Assembly: GCA_951406725.2 (NCBI GenBank)
Contig: OX597839.1
Coordinates: 4,030,001-4,094,000, forward strand
From: Octopus vulgaris
Taxonomy: Eukaryota
Reading direction: 5' to 3'
Length of the DNA stretch: 64,000 bases
The position numbers were made by a program, and so were the translations under genes. Positions 14,983 through 27,537 of this stretch are shown here, piece after piece. The notes under the pieces are model-generated. The model ran no database searches. It saw nothing but the letters and a program-made list of their open reading frames with translations, and was not told the origin of the DNA. How positions within the stretch are numbered: position 1 is the stretch's first letter; each line of letters starts with the position of its first letter.

Positions 14983-15215
14983 AGGCGGCGAGCTGGCAGA
15001 AACGTTAGCATGCCGAGCGGAATGCTTAGCGGTATTTCATCTGCCGTTACGTTCTGAGTTCAAATTCCGCCGAGGTCAACGTTGCCTTTCATCCTTTCGG
15101 GGTCGATTAAATAAGTACCAGTTACGCACTAGGGTTGATATAATCGACTTAATCCGTTTGTCTGTCCTTGTTTGCCCTCTCTGTGTTTAGCCCCTTGTGG
15201 GTAGTAAAGACATAA
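14983..15215 (+). mobile_element. tRNA-derived SINE family B (Nin/Deu-domain-like); degenerate copies at ~9517-10050 and ~44050-44460
   Basis: GAGTTCAAATTCCGCCGAGGTC..GCCTTTCATCCTTTCGGGGTCGAT..AAGTACCAG. Confidence 0.75.
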
Positions 15216-16574
15216 GAAATAAAGTGTCTTGCTCAAGGATACAATGCATTGCCAAAAAATGAACTCACAACCTTCTGATCATGAAGCAAATACCCTAACC
15301 ACTAAGCCACACATCTTCATGACATTTGCAGTATATTATGACATTAGGAACTCTTGTTGTAATTTTAGTGTTTTCCTGGTTAAGATTGTTGTTATCAGTG
15401 ATTGGCAGTCTTTCCTCTGTAAGTGTCAATCCGCCAATCCTTTAGCTATTCAATCCATTAATTATAGTCTTTGTAGTCGACTGAAGTGACTCAGGGTTGT
15501 CATATCTACTTCTCATCTTGCAACATAAGTTTCTCACCAGCCAAACTTTTTCTATGGGACCTTAGCAACTCATCCACACCATGTTTTTTTAACTTTTTCG
15601 AACTCTGTATCAGCGGTTCCCAAATACGGGGCACACACCTCATCAGTGGAGCCTGGGATCCCAAATTTCTACAGCTGAGTGAACTGGAACAACGTGAAAT
15701 AAAGTGTCTTGCTCAAGAACACGACATGCAGCCTGGTTCGGGATTCAAACTCACAACTTATATATATATATATATCATCATCATCATTTAGCGTCTGCTT
15801 TCCATGCTAGCATGGGTTGGACGGTTCAACTGGGGTCTGTGAAGCCAGAAGGCTGCATCAGGCCCAGTCTGATCTGGCAATGTTTCTACAGCTGGATGCC
15901 CTTCCTAACGCCAACCACTCCGTGAGTGTAGTGGGTGCTTTTTACGTGCCACCCGCACAGGTGCTGCCACCCGCAGCTGAGACCCACTTTGGTCATGACT
16001 GACCATGGGATTGCACCTAGAAAGTAACCCTTCCAGGCACAAGTCCGGGCAAGGTTGTTTATGGAAAACCAGCTGTTGCCCATGCATACCGACCTCCCCT
16101 CTCTATGCCACCAATGTTATCCAAGGGAAAGGCAAAGGGGCCGATACAGCTTGGCACCTGTGACGTCACAACTCATTTCTACAGCTGAGTGAACTGGAAC
16201 AACGTGAAATAAAGTGTCTTGCTCAAGAACACAACACGCAGCCCGGTCCGGGATTCGAGCTCACAACCTCACGATTGTAAGCTCGACACTCTAACCACTG
16301 AGCCATGCTCCTTCACGCTAAGACATTAGAATAGCACTATATTGTAGCAAATAGTGTTCACACAGTATGCTTGGCTAGAGGGATTGGCTTGGTTTGGCTG
16401 AGTGTAAGTGTACCATGCTGTTTTTTTGTTAGTGGGACATGGAATTGTAAAAGTCGTTTTCTTTCACAGCAAACATATTACACTTACACTCAGCCAAACC
16501 AAGCCAATCCCTCTAGCCAAGCATACTGTGTGAACACTATTTGCTACAATATAGTGCTATTCTAATGTCTTTGC

Positions 16575-16903
16575 ATGAAGGTGCATGGCTCAGTGGTTAG
16601 AGCGTCGAGCTTACGATCGTGAGGTTGTGAGCTCGAATCCCGGACTGGGCTGCGTGTTGTGTTCTTGAGCAAGACACTTTATTTCACATTGTTCCAGTTC
16701 ACTCAGCTGTAGAAATGAGTTGCGGCGTCACAGGTGCCAAGCAGTATCGGCCTTTACCTTTTCCTTGGATAACATTGGTGGTGTGGAGAGGGGAGGCTGG
16801 TATGCATGGGCGACTGCTGGTCTTCCATAAAAAACAATCTTGCCCGGACTTGTGCCTGGGAGGGTAACTCTCTAGGTGCAATCCCATGGTCTGTGTCATG
16901 ACC
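16575..16903 (+). mobile_element. tRNA-derived SINE family D (inverted partner at 15991-16316)
   Basis: TGGCTCAGTGGTTAGAGC A box, GCTCGAATCCC B box, CTTGAGCAAGACAC. Confidence 0.8.
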
Positions 16904-17549
16904 CCAGCGTGGATAAGAGACTTAAAATTACAAAACCTGGTAACTTATGGCTGAAGCTAACAAAATTGTCTCCTTGAATCAAAGAAATCTGCTGTAGTTT
17001 GCCAGGCACAACGTTCTCATTAAAATAATTCCCATTTTTTTTGTTAGTAAATACATTTTTGTACTTAATACCAAACAAAAGAGGTACTGGTAGATTCTTT
17101 ATTATATTAGATAATTGTGATAAAATAAAAAAGTAAAGTTGTTTTTTAACTATCCACCAGTGGGGCATAAATTTTTCTGAAAAGTTAAAGTGGAGCCTGA
17201 CGGGAAAATAGGTAGGGAAACCCTACTTTATATCATTTACTAGTGTTACAAATACTTTGTGGAACTTGTTGGAGACTATCTGCTGATGGAGAACCTGAAA
17301 ACCTGATATGTCGTGAAAACCTGATATGTCATGAAAACCTGATATGTCATAGGTAAAATCTGCGGTCTATATGTTTTACCAAATAGTCTGGATCTTTTCG
17401 GTTTGAACGGCAGTTTTTTCTAGCGTAAAAATTAAGATATTTTTAAGCCTCTTCTAAGTCATCGCTAGTTAAATAAACCTATGGCAAAAAGCATTTCAAT
17501 TACAACTGTTCGGTATATCTAGGACTAAACTGGATATTTCGTCATTTCT

Positions 17550-17992
17550 TCTGAAGACGCTAAAGTGAGTTTTAAAGCAACGGCACTATTGGTAGCAGAT
17601 CTAACAAACAACGGGTACCTCAATTTCTTTATTACCCATCGGGGGCCAAACATAACAACGGGTACGTCGTTGACTCGTTTCAGTGGCGAAGTATGCAGGC
17701 CGTACGTATGTAGGATCTTTTCCTTTTGAACGGCACATTGTCAACACAATTTCTAGTTAACTAAACACTTTTAAACTTCGTATACTGGTAGAATGTGTTT
17801 ATAAAACATCATTTTTTTCTTGGCGGCTTTATTGAGAAAACTCTATAGTTTCTTTTAGTACGTACATCGGTCTGAAAAAATCGCCAGAACAGTAAAATGT
17901 CATTCCCTTCAGGTGCCGAGTTCGAGTTCAGCTCGAGGTAAGTCGTGCAAACGACTGAGTTATCTCCCCTGTCTCTTCGTCATTCGGTCAAC
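17550..17992 (+). promoter_or_regulatory. Probable ICMT promoter/5'UTR region
   Basis: Visibly CpG-rich, higher-GC sequence directly upstream of the ATG; TSS not determinable. Confidence 0.45.
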
Positions 17993-18199
17993 ATGGCTAG
18001 TCAGTTAATACGTGAGGGTAAAATCTCTCTCTTATATTTTCTGATTGGAGCCGGTATTTGCTGTGTTCCGTCGATATCATGGAACAAATCAATGCAATAC
18101 GTTTGGTTAGACTCTTGGAAATATCTACTCGGAATTTACACAATAGTATTTCACACTATTGTCAGCTTAGTTTATATTTCGGATAATAGGATGTACCAG
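17993..18199 (+). CDS. ICMT: ICMT coding exon 1 (MASQLIREGK...DNRMYQ, 69 codons)
   Basis: ATG at 17993; hydrophobic TM-like N-terminus ending in YQ like vertebrate ICMT exon 1; donor CAG|GTGAGT at 18199/18200; phase 0 joins in frame to IALR of exon 2. Confidence 0.85.
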
Positions 18200-19799
18200 G
18201 TGAGTGGTGTCTTCTCTATAATCTTCTCTAAAAAACGCATATATATATATATACATACATACATGCACATGTATATATATATATATATATATATATATGC
18301 GACACTGTGTGTGTGTGTGTTTGCATACATATTTTATGTACATATATATACATAGATATATACATATACATACATAGATATAGATGTATGCACACACATA
18401 CATATACATATGTGTGTATATGCATACCTTTCGAAGTATTCTAATTAATTTTAATAGGGTCTGGTTCTTGCTTATTCCTAAGACTATTCATTCCATCCGA
18501 AATCTCCACCGAAAGACAATTATATTCGCTTCTGAACCTTTTCCTTTCTCTTTAACATAATAAACTAATCAAAGCTAACGGTGTCTTCGAACAAATATCC
18601 ACAAGCAAATATTTGACCTCACATCTACTCAGTCCCGAACACGTATATATATATATATATAACGGGATATATATTATATGTATATTTATTTTGATCTCCG
18701 CCCCCCGACACACACACACACACACTTCAACTCATTTTCATTCCAAGACACATCGTTATCATTCCACTTGGCTGTTTTATTGATTAAAAATAGTTCCCCC
18801 CTCCCCAAAGATTCAATGTGATATCTGCAGACATTGTCAGGTCGTGTTGTATAATAGACATCATAGCTGCTAAGGTGCAATGAACTGCATTAAATTGCAG
18901 TGTCGTTTATTATATATTAAATGCTATCTTTACACTAATATTTTATAAATGCAGCGTAATTAAACCGTAACCCTGATTATTTATATAGATATGTATATAT
19001 ATAATTTGCTTACATACACAAATATATTTTATGCGCGTGTCTGTCTGTCTGTGTGTGTGTCTGTGTGTTTCTATGTTTATTTTCATTTTCTTCCGTTATC
19101 TTTCGTGGAATTCCATTTCGGATGCATCTGTACTATTTATATGAATGAATATTAAATCGATCTCGGTATTTGACTGCTGATATTAATTATATTTTAACCG
19201 ATCCCGGATAAATGTAAGAATGAAACTGACCTCGGCAGGATTTGAAATCGAGAAATTAAAGGGACGCAACAAAAACACTGCAAAAGGCAGTTTGTCCGAC
19301 GCTCTAACGATTATTTATCTTTCATCTCTTATCGGTTTCAGCATGAGACTAAGGTCACGCTGGGGCACTGCCTTTTTATTTATTTATTTATTTATTTTTA
19401 GAATTTAATTTTTATTTTTTTATTTGCTTTGCTAAGATTCTTGATGTGAACTCGTGTGTTGAAACAGATTTCGTTGCCTAATGGTCATCTGGAGATACCA
19501 GATATTACAAAATTAAATCAATAAAAATGAAAGTAAAAGTAATAGTGGCTTAAACAACAATTTGCGTAAAATTTAATTAATCGGAAGGACGATTTTACAT
19601 TATGTAACAAAACCCGCTGAGGAGCGAACATTGATTTTATGAATCAAAAATGCAAACCTTTCGATTTGTTGTTGAAGCAAACACCGAAACATAAACTTGT
19701 TTAATGAAATGTAACAATGTCTTTGAAATTCGATTGATTGAATTTCAAAGGTCGAGACTTCGGCATTAATGCAGGTGTTAGGCATTCCTACAAATGTGT

Positions 19800-20160
19800 G
19801 ACGCCTCCGACTTTGTTTCCTCATAACTTTCAGGAAAATGGGTATTTTTTAATGAAATTTTCTACAAATATTTTTCAGATGGTGTAAATTACGATTATAT
19901 CAGAATTTAATGTGGGGGAATTGGTGGGCGTGCACACTTACATACTGACACGCATCACGAATTTTTTTTCTGAATTTCTAGTTTCGTTTTGTAGTTATGC
20001 AGCGTGTATCAATAAGTATAACTGCGCGCCTACCATTATTTGTTTCACATTAAATCCCGATACAGTTGGAATTTACACCATTTGAATTTTTGTAAGAAGT
20101 TTCATTAAAAAAATATCCATTTTTCTGAAAGTTATAAGAAAACAAAAGTTGGGACATGGG
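19800..20160. mobile_element. Degenerate inverted-repeat element (MITE-like)
   Basis: ataactttcaggaaaatgg..tctacaaa mirrored at ~20088-20150. Confidence 0.5.
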
Positions 20161-20684
20161 GGCGCACCTGTATGCCGCAAATTGGCATATTTCTTTCGAC
20201 TTTGTTTCCATGCATAGTTTTACCATGAAATTTTGCAGAGTTAGGTTTTCGAGAGTACAGATTATAATTAGGTTGCCTAGTAAAATCGTCAGAGCGTCTG
20301 GCTCTGAGATCGAATCCCAACGTGGTCGACTTTGCCTTTCGTCTTCTCGGGGCTGATAAAACAAATACCAATTTAGCACTGGAATCGATGTAATCGACTA
20401 CCCCCCCCTTTCCTTCAAAATTGCTGGCCTTGTACCAAAATTAGAATTATTAAGATTTTTTGCTGGGTGGGGTTTCATATTATTCTTCTTCCTAACTCTC
20501 TTTACGATGCACATTTTAAAGTGTCATTTTGCAAAATTTCATTTTCTAGAACGTAGATTACGTGATGCTGTATGTTCCAGACAGAAATCTAAGAGGAAAA
20601 AGGTGAAAAATGCTGAAGTAAATGAAATTCGTCGTAACAAAGTCGAGGGAGGGGGGAGAAAATTATCCGAAATTTCATTTACTC

Positions 20685-20891
20685 TTTACTCTTTTTACTC
20701 TTTTACTTGTTTCAGTCATTTGACTGCGGCCATGCTGGAGCACCGCCTTTAGTCGAGCAACTCGACCCCGGGACTTATTCTTTTGTAAGCCCAGTACTTA
20801 TTCTATCGGTCTCTTTTGCCGAGCCGCTAAGTGACGGGGACGTAAACACACCAGCATCGGTTGTCAAGCAATGCTAGGGGGACAAACACAG

Positions 20892-20926
<35 letters not shown>

Positions 20927-21088
20927 CGACAGGCTTCTTTCAGTTTCCGTCTACCAAATCCACTCACAAGGCATTGGTCGGCCCGGGGCTATAGCAGAAG
21001 ACACTTGCCCAAGATGCCACGCAGTGGGATTGAACCCGGAACCATGTGGTTGGTTCGCAAGTTACTTACCACACAGCCACTCCTGCGC
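20685..21088 (-). mobile_element. SINE family A (partial copy follows at ~21145-21313)
   Basis: Reverse complement of family A. Confidence 0.85.
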
Positions 21089-21825
21089 TTCTATTTCTTT
21101 TTCTAAATTTTATCAACACAATTGTAATCTACGTCCTCGAAAACATCGGTTGTCAAGCGATGTTGGGGGGACAAACACAGACACATACATACACACACAC
21201 AACGGGCTTCTTTCAGTTTCCGTCTACCAAATCCACTCACAAAGCTTTGGTTGGCCCGAGGCTATAGTAGAAGACACTTGCCCGAGGGACTGGACCCGGA
21301 ACCATGCGGTTGGAAATATTGGCGGGATTCTGCTTTATGCACGCCATATAACCCCCTCATAACATTTTCATTTTTTGGTATTTTCAGAAAAGTTATTAAC
21401 TCTTTATTGATTTATGTCGAAAATGATTTTCATGGCTTTGATTAGCATATAAAACTATATCATTACACCGAATATGAAATCAGTTTGTACAGAAATTGAA
21501 GTGATCCAAAATGGCAGCCAAACAAAAGATCCTGACACCTATTGGTTTTGCTGGTAACCATTTACAGATGGTTGTTATCCCCGATAGCCAGATAATCTAA
21601 TCCGTATATATGTATATATACTGTTAACAAAAGTCGGGATACGTGGCGTTCAGTTATTCCATAAATGAAAAATGCATTGAATATTACAAAAAAGGCTCGT
21701 AGGACAGACACAGAAGGACCCCATTTCTTCATCAGTTATCGACCGAAAATACTTATACCTAGTTTTGAGCTTGTAACGATAAGACTGGGAACTTCGTATA
21801 TCGGCGGCACCGTAAGGTTTGCGTA

Positions 21826-21888
<63 letters not shown>

Positions 21889-21890
<2 letters not shown>

Positions 21891-22044
21891 CGCAGGAGTG
21901 GCTGTGTGGTAAGTAGCTTGGTCCCGGGTTCAGTCCCACTGCGTCGCATCTTGAGCAAGTGTCTTCTGCTATAGTTCCGGGCCGACCAATACCTTGTGAG
22001 TGGATTTGGTAGACGGAAACTGAAAGAAGCCTGTCGTATATATG

Positions 22045-22077
<33 letters not shown>

Positions 22078-22273
22078 CTCTGTGTTTGTCCCCCTAGCAT
22101 TGCTTGACAACCGATGCTGGTGTGTTTATGTCCCCGTTACTTAGCGGTTCGGCAAAAGAGACCGATAGAATAAGTACTGGGCTTACAAAGAATAAGTCCC
22201 GGGGTCGATTTGCTCGACTAAAGGCGGTGCTCCAGCATGGCCGCAGTCAAATGACTGAAACAAGTAAAAAAGA
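21889..22273 (+). mobile_element. SINE family A
   Basis: Near full-length copy after (TA)n. Confidence 0.85.
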
Positions 22274-22314
22274 GTATATACATATATATATATATATATA
22301 CTTAGATCAACACT

Positions 22315-22960
22315 AATTAATAAATGATGGCATTAAACGAGCCAAGGAAATAGATATACGAACATTTCCACACATAACCCTAGAAACAATGAAGCCTTCA
22401 ACATTATCACCCAAAATCTTCCCATAAAGTAGGACCTATTAACAGAAAAGAAAAAAATTAAAATTCTTGTTATAGAAATCAAGCCTTAACAAATTAGACG
22501 CCGAAAAAAAAAACTAAAAGGAAAAACACCCTGTCATCTTTTGCTCAAAGGGCAAAGTTCAGAGTCAGTGAATGACACAGAGAAAAATTTCTGCTTTAGA
22601 GATAAACAATGCATCTCTTATAACGAAGGCAAAGTTTAAAATTAACTCTTTCGTTACCAACCTGGCCAAAACCGGCTCTGGCTCTGTAGTACAAATCTCT
22701 TGTTTTCATAAGTTTTGCATTAAAATATACCACCAAACCTTAGGAGATAAAACAATGAACAAAATTTTAAGCTCATACAAAATTATCAAAAGCTAAATGC
22801 AACCGAAATCATTGAAAAAAATATTAACCAGCGCAAGACTATACCAATTAACAACAGAGCCAAAAGTGAAAAAATGTGGTCGACCTATATGTGGAACATG
22901 CCCCCACCTTTTGGAGGGTTCAGAATTCCACTTTAAACAAGGTGAAATATTTACATTACC
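22315..22960 (+). mobile_element. Penelope-like element fragment (linker between RT and GIY-YIG), interrupted at ~22425-22742
   Basis: QPKSLKKILTSA..VKKCGRPICGTCPHL, a Cys motif typical of PLE linkers; hammerhead follows at 23088. Confidence 0.65.
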
Positions 22961-23087
22961 ACGTGTAGTTTCTATTTTCTTTTTGTAACGTATTTCTAAT
23001 ATATATATATATGTGTGTGACCGCGTGTGTACCGTTGGCGATTTTTTTTCGACTGTCTTCCCTTCTCTGGATCTTTCCTTCCACTAT

Positions 23088-23122
23088 GTTTCCGACGAAG
23101 AGCTCCGCTCGAAACGTTAAAC
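23088..23122 (+). ncRNA. Variant minimal hammerhead next to a Penelope fragment
   Basis: GTTT-CCGACGA-A-GAGC(tcc)GCTC-GAAAC-GTT-AAAC; core has CCGA in place of CUGA. Confidence 0.6.
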
Positions 23123-23323
23123 CCTCCTTCTTTCCTTCTTTCCTGAGAGTCCAATAACACTATATTTGTTCCACGTCCTCGCGTTGTGTTTTTTGTGATT
23201 TCTTGTTTGGATTAACTTTATATATATATATAGGGTGCGGCAAAATGATTTGACATATTTGTAGGTTTAATAAAAGCGAAATAGAGTAAAGAATGAAAAA
23301 TGTATTTTTATTTTCGAAATGTA

Positions 23324-23969
23324 CAGGGGTTGGACAAGACAAAATAATGGAAACACTATAAAATTTAAAGCAAATTTATTTTAATATAGGGTAGGACCGC
23401 CTTTGGCAGTAATTACAGCTTGAATTCTATGAATTCTATACAAAGTTTGAATTGTTTCTGAAGGAATTTTTGTCCACACTTCAGCTAAAACAGTCTCCAG
23501 TTATTGTAGTGATGATGGTGGAGTATATCGACTCCTTGCTTGTTTTTCTAAAATGCACCATAAATGTTCAATGGGACTATGGTGGCCAGATAAGATGTTC
23601 AACTTCACTAGAATGTTCCTCGTACCATTCAGTAACAATTTTAGGTGTGTGAATTGGTGCATTATCATCCTGAAAGATTGCGTTTCCCTCCGGAAACAGT
23701 TCCGCAACCATAGGATGAATTTGATCTTATAAAATGCTTAAATTCTGCCATGAAAGGAAACCATTGGGCTGGCGTATTTCCAAGATATAGCCCCCAGATC
23801 ATCACAGATCCTCCTCCATGTTTGACAGTTGGAAGAAGGCAGTTGGGTCAAATGCTTCTTTTGGCCCTCTCCACTCGTATAAATTTAAAAAAACATAAAA
23901 AAGATTTTAGATATTTCAAAATTATGATGCTCTGATGCTAGGTGTTTCCATTATTTTGTCCAACCCCTG
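23324..23969 (-). mobile_element. Internally deleted copy of the same Tc1 family
   Basis: Same TIRs, TA on both flanks, retains 3' transposase portion (IEHLWCILEKQ). Confidence 0.9.
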
Positions 23970-24285
23970 TACATATAACACCATTTTGTTTCAATAGGTG
24001 AAAATTTGGCACAAGGCCAGCAATTTGAAGGGAACGGGGTCAGACGATGTAATCGACCACGTTGCTCAATCCTCCGAAATGGATGGCAGGTAACAATCGA
24101 CCTTGGCAATATTTGAATTAAACCTGCGCTATAAAAAACCATTTAATCACTTGTCTTGAAATGTTAACTCTTCGCCCTCCGACCTCGGTAGCATGTTATC
24201 CGCTCGACCAGACGAACATTTCTATCTGACTTAAATAACTATGGCCACAAAATTAGCATGGTTGTCAGGACATAGCTTTTGTAAA

Positions 24286-24711
24286 TATCTTGGCGATCTT
24301 TCGTCTCTAGTAGACCTTTCCGTCGATTTCCGTAAAAAAATTTTTTTTTCTTTTACATATGGGCTTTCGGGAACTTTTGAAGTAATATACATACATATAC
24401 ACATACACCGAGTAAAAAATTTCAGTTATCTCTTTCTTTCACACATTACTCTGTCTCTTCACACACACTAACAGAAGCACTTCACTTACACAACATACTG
24501 TCTGTCTCCCACACCCCATCAAACACATACATGTACATCAATGCTTCACGTGCACGGTAACTTCAAAAGAACTTCCCTCGTCATACAATCGCTTTCTCTT
24601 AGTCTCTTTCGCTCTCATTACTTCAAAATTCCCGCAAGCCCATATGTAAAAAAAAAATTTTTTTACGGAAATCGACGGAAAGGTCTACTAGAGACGAAAG
24701 ATTGCCAATAT
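24286..24711. mobile_element. MITE with ~100-bp terminal inverted repeats
   Basis: TTGGCGATCTTTCGTCTCTAGTAGACCTTTCCGTCG...GAAGTAAT mirrored at ~24617-24711. Confidence 0.8.
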
Positions 24712-24837
24712 CTTATTAGTTTCCACAAGCATTCTCAGACAGTACTGCATAACAACGGTCCCATTGATTTATTTTAATCGTTTTCGACTGTGTATTTGCA
24801 GAATCGTTAGAACTCTGGGCACATTGCCCTGCGGTAC

Positions 24838-25200
24838 TTATTTCTTTATTGCCCACAAGGGGCTAAACACAATAAAGGGAACAAACAAGGACAGACAAAG
24901 GGACTAAGTTGATTATATTCGACTCCTGTGCGTAACTGGCTACTTATTTAATCGACCCCGAAAGGATGAAAGGCAAAGTCGACCTCGGCGGAATTTGAAC
25001 TCAGAACGTAACGGCAGAGGAAATACCTATTTCTTTACTACCCACAAGGGGCTAAACACAGAAGGGACAAACAAGGATAGACAAAGGGACTAAGTTGATT
25101 ATATTCGACCCCTGTGCGTAACTGGCTACTTATTTAATCGACCCCGAAAGGATGAAAGGCGAAGTCGACCTCGACGGAATTTGAACTCAGAACGCAACAG
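24838..25200 (-). mobile_element. SINE family B, tandem partial dimer
   Basis: Two ~190-bp units. Confidence 0.8.
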
Positions 25201-25803
25201 TCCTGCGGTACTTAGTTACGGCCCTTTTACGCTCTGATTTCAAGTCGCGCCGAGGTTAGCTTAGTTTTTGCCCTTCATCGTTTCGGTGGTGGTGGTGGGG
25301 GAGGTTTTCTTAAAGTAAAGTAAAAGCAGTCTTTCGGCAAAAGTCTAAGGCGTTGTGAGCGAGTGTGCGACATCGTATTTCATTTACACGACAGAGCTGA
25401 ACACACACACACTCTCTCTCTCGACGTAATATACTTATACCGAAACACTGCTCAGTTAAGTATTGGAAGCACGATCCCTATTCTAAAAACGCATCGAAGA
25501 TGTGAATGGCAATACAATAGTTTGTTTTGTTGTTTTTGCTTTAACTGAAAGCAGATCGTGTGTGTTTTAATGCTGAATTTCGAAGTCAATCGTTTACTGA
25601 TTTTATAATCATTTAAAGAAGGGAGCGTTGTTTATATAAATAAAAACTATTTCAAATTCAAAATTTAACTCGAGAGTAAACAACGAAGGAGCGTGTATGA
25701 AGTGACTCGACTTGCAAGACATAACTGCCAAATTTTCCTCGTGTTACACTCTACGAACTTGAGAACAACTCATCTAATAGTATAGTTGTAGATATTATAT
25801 GTC

Positions 25804-26217
25804 GGATCTTTTCGGTTTGAACGGCAGTTTTTCCTAGCGGTGTCATATGAAATTGTCACCCATAATTATGACCCTAGTATCGATCTATTGCATTTCAATT
25901 TGTTTTAGGGTTAGGGGTGGGGGGCAAGGGTATCTTTTTTCCTTCACAAATGTAAATAAACCCAATCTGTTTCGTAAACGAGGGACATATTCATACGGCA
26001 CAGAATGTTTTCACCTCAATAGACGTCATTGATTGGTTGAAATTGCAGAAATTGAAGAAAAAAACAACAACAAATATCTTACAAACTATAGAATTTTCTC
26101 AATAAAGCCAAGAGAAAAAGATGTTTTATAAACATATTCTACCAGTATATGAAGTTTAAAAGTGTTTAGTTACGTGGAAATTATTTTTAAAAACTGCCGG
26201 TCAAACCGAAAAGATCC
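25804..26217. mobile_element. MITE with GGATCTTTTCGGTTTGA TIRs (partial copies at 17390 and 17712-17850)
   Basis: ~28-bp TIR pair; superfamily not assigned. Confidence 0.8.
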
Positions 26218-26434
26218 AAGCAAAGGTTTAAATAGCTATTAAATAAGATTAATAAGATCAACTGTTCCTTCAGAAATAGCTTAACTCTTGGCCTTTTCTG
26301 TTTATTGTACGTAATACACAAGACATATTTATCTGGCATCCATGCATCGTGTATGATAAAAATTCTCAGTTTTTTTCAACTACCCAAGTAACTTTGGGTT
26401 TATGAAAGGGAAGCTTTTACATTACTCAGAATAT

Positions 26435-26838
26435 TTGAAGAAAGGTTGAAGACACTCGACCTTTATTCTCTAGAAAAACGCCGCCGCTGTGGTGATCTCA
26501 TTCTTGCTCACAACATCATAAGCGGAAAGTGTAACCTCTCGAAAGAGCTGTTCTTCACTCCTGCTCCAGAGCGTCGGCTGCGGAGTCATTCCAAAAAGCT
26601 CTATCTGCGACGATTTCATCTCAATCGAAGGAGAGGGGCTTTCTCCATCCGGGTTGCGGATCCGTGGAATAAGCTGCCGGATGAGATGGTGAAGATGCCG
26701 ACGACCGCTCGGTTCAAAGTCTCCCTTGACCACAAGTGGCCTGAACTCTTTACATGAACACCACCCTGTACATAACTCCCTGTCCCCCTACATGGCCTTG
26801 CTTTTTGCTTTTTGAGCCAAAAAATTAACTAACTAACT
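26435..26838 (+). mobile_element. CR1/L2-clade LINE 3' fragment (same family)
   Basis: ORF 26446-26757 homologous to 10113 ORF; (CTAA)n tail. Confidence 0.85.
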
Positions 26839-27317
26839 GAGAGACTAACACAAGGCCTTCATTGACCCGAGGCTATAGTAATAGACACTTGCCCAAGGTG
26901 CCATGCAGTGGGACTGAACCTGGAGCCATGCGGTTGGGAGGAAAACTTTTCACCACACAACCAATAAATAAACTTTTTAGACGAATGAACTTTACGATAA
27001 TTCTGCAAATAGGAAATGGGGAATTACCAATTTTTAGGTGTGTTGTAATAGCTGCTCTTTTATCAGTGTCAATTATTTATTTTCATTCATCAAGAGATTC
27101 AATTTATAGGAAACCAATACCTTTTTCCCCAAGCTTTATTTTTGTTTAAAAAAAAAAACAAAAAAAACTTTGACTTTCAAGGAGTTCTGGAAACAAAATG
27201 GGTTGGATCTTTGATAAAGAGTGGCCACAGATAGATGTTCCCTTCTTGGACTGTGTTGGATTTTGCTTTTAGTTAAGACAGCTCTTGTTAAGGACAGGTA
27301 CTGTGGTTCTCCATTAA

Positions 27318-27537
27318 CCCTTTCGTTACCAACCCGGCTGAAACCGGCTCTTGCTCTGAGTACAAATGTCTTGTTTTCATAAGTTTTGAATTAAAATCTT
27401 CCACCAAATCTTAGTCACAATTTATGTTCCTAACACTAGCTGAATAATAACTAAGTTATTTTACTAAATTCTTTGTTATATTTAAAGTAATTGAAAGAAA
27501 CACAGAGCATCTCAAAATAGATACAGTAACTAAAGGG
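27318..27537. mobile_element. piggyBac-like MITE family 2
   Basis: TTAA|CCCTTTCGTTAC...GTAACTAAAGGG|TTAA. Confidence 0.85.

Noticed and set aside
17300-17352. 19-bp repeat x3 (tgaaaacctgatatgtc)
   Set aside because: Simple minisatellite with no supportable function
17945-17992. GTG-initiated N-terminal extension of ICMT in the ORF track
   Set aside because: Eukaryotic gene; ATG at 17993 gives the expected ICMT length
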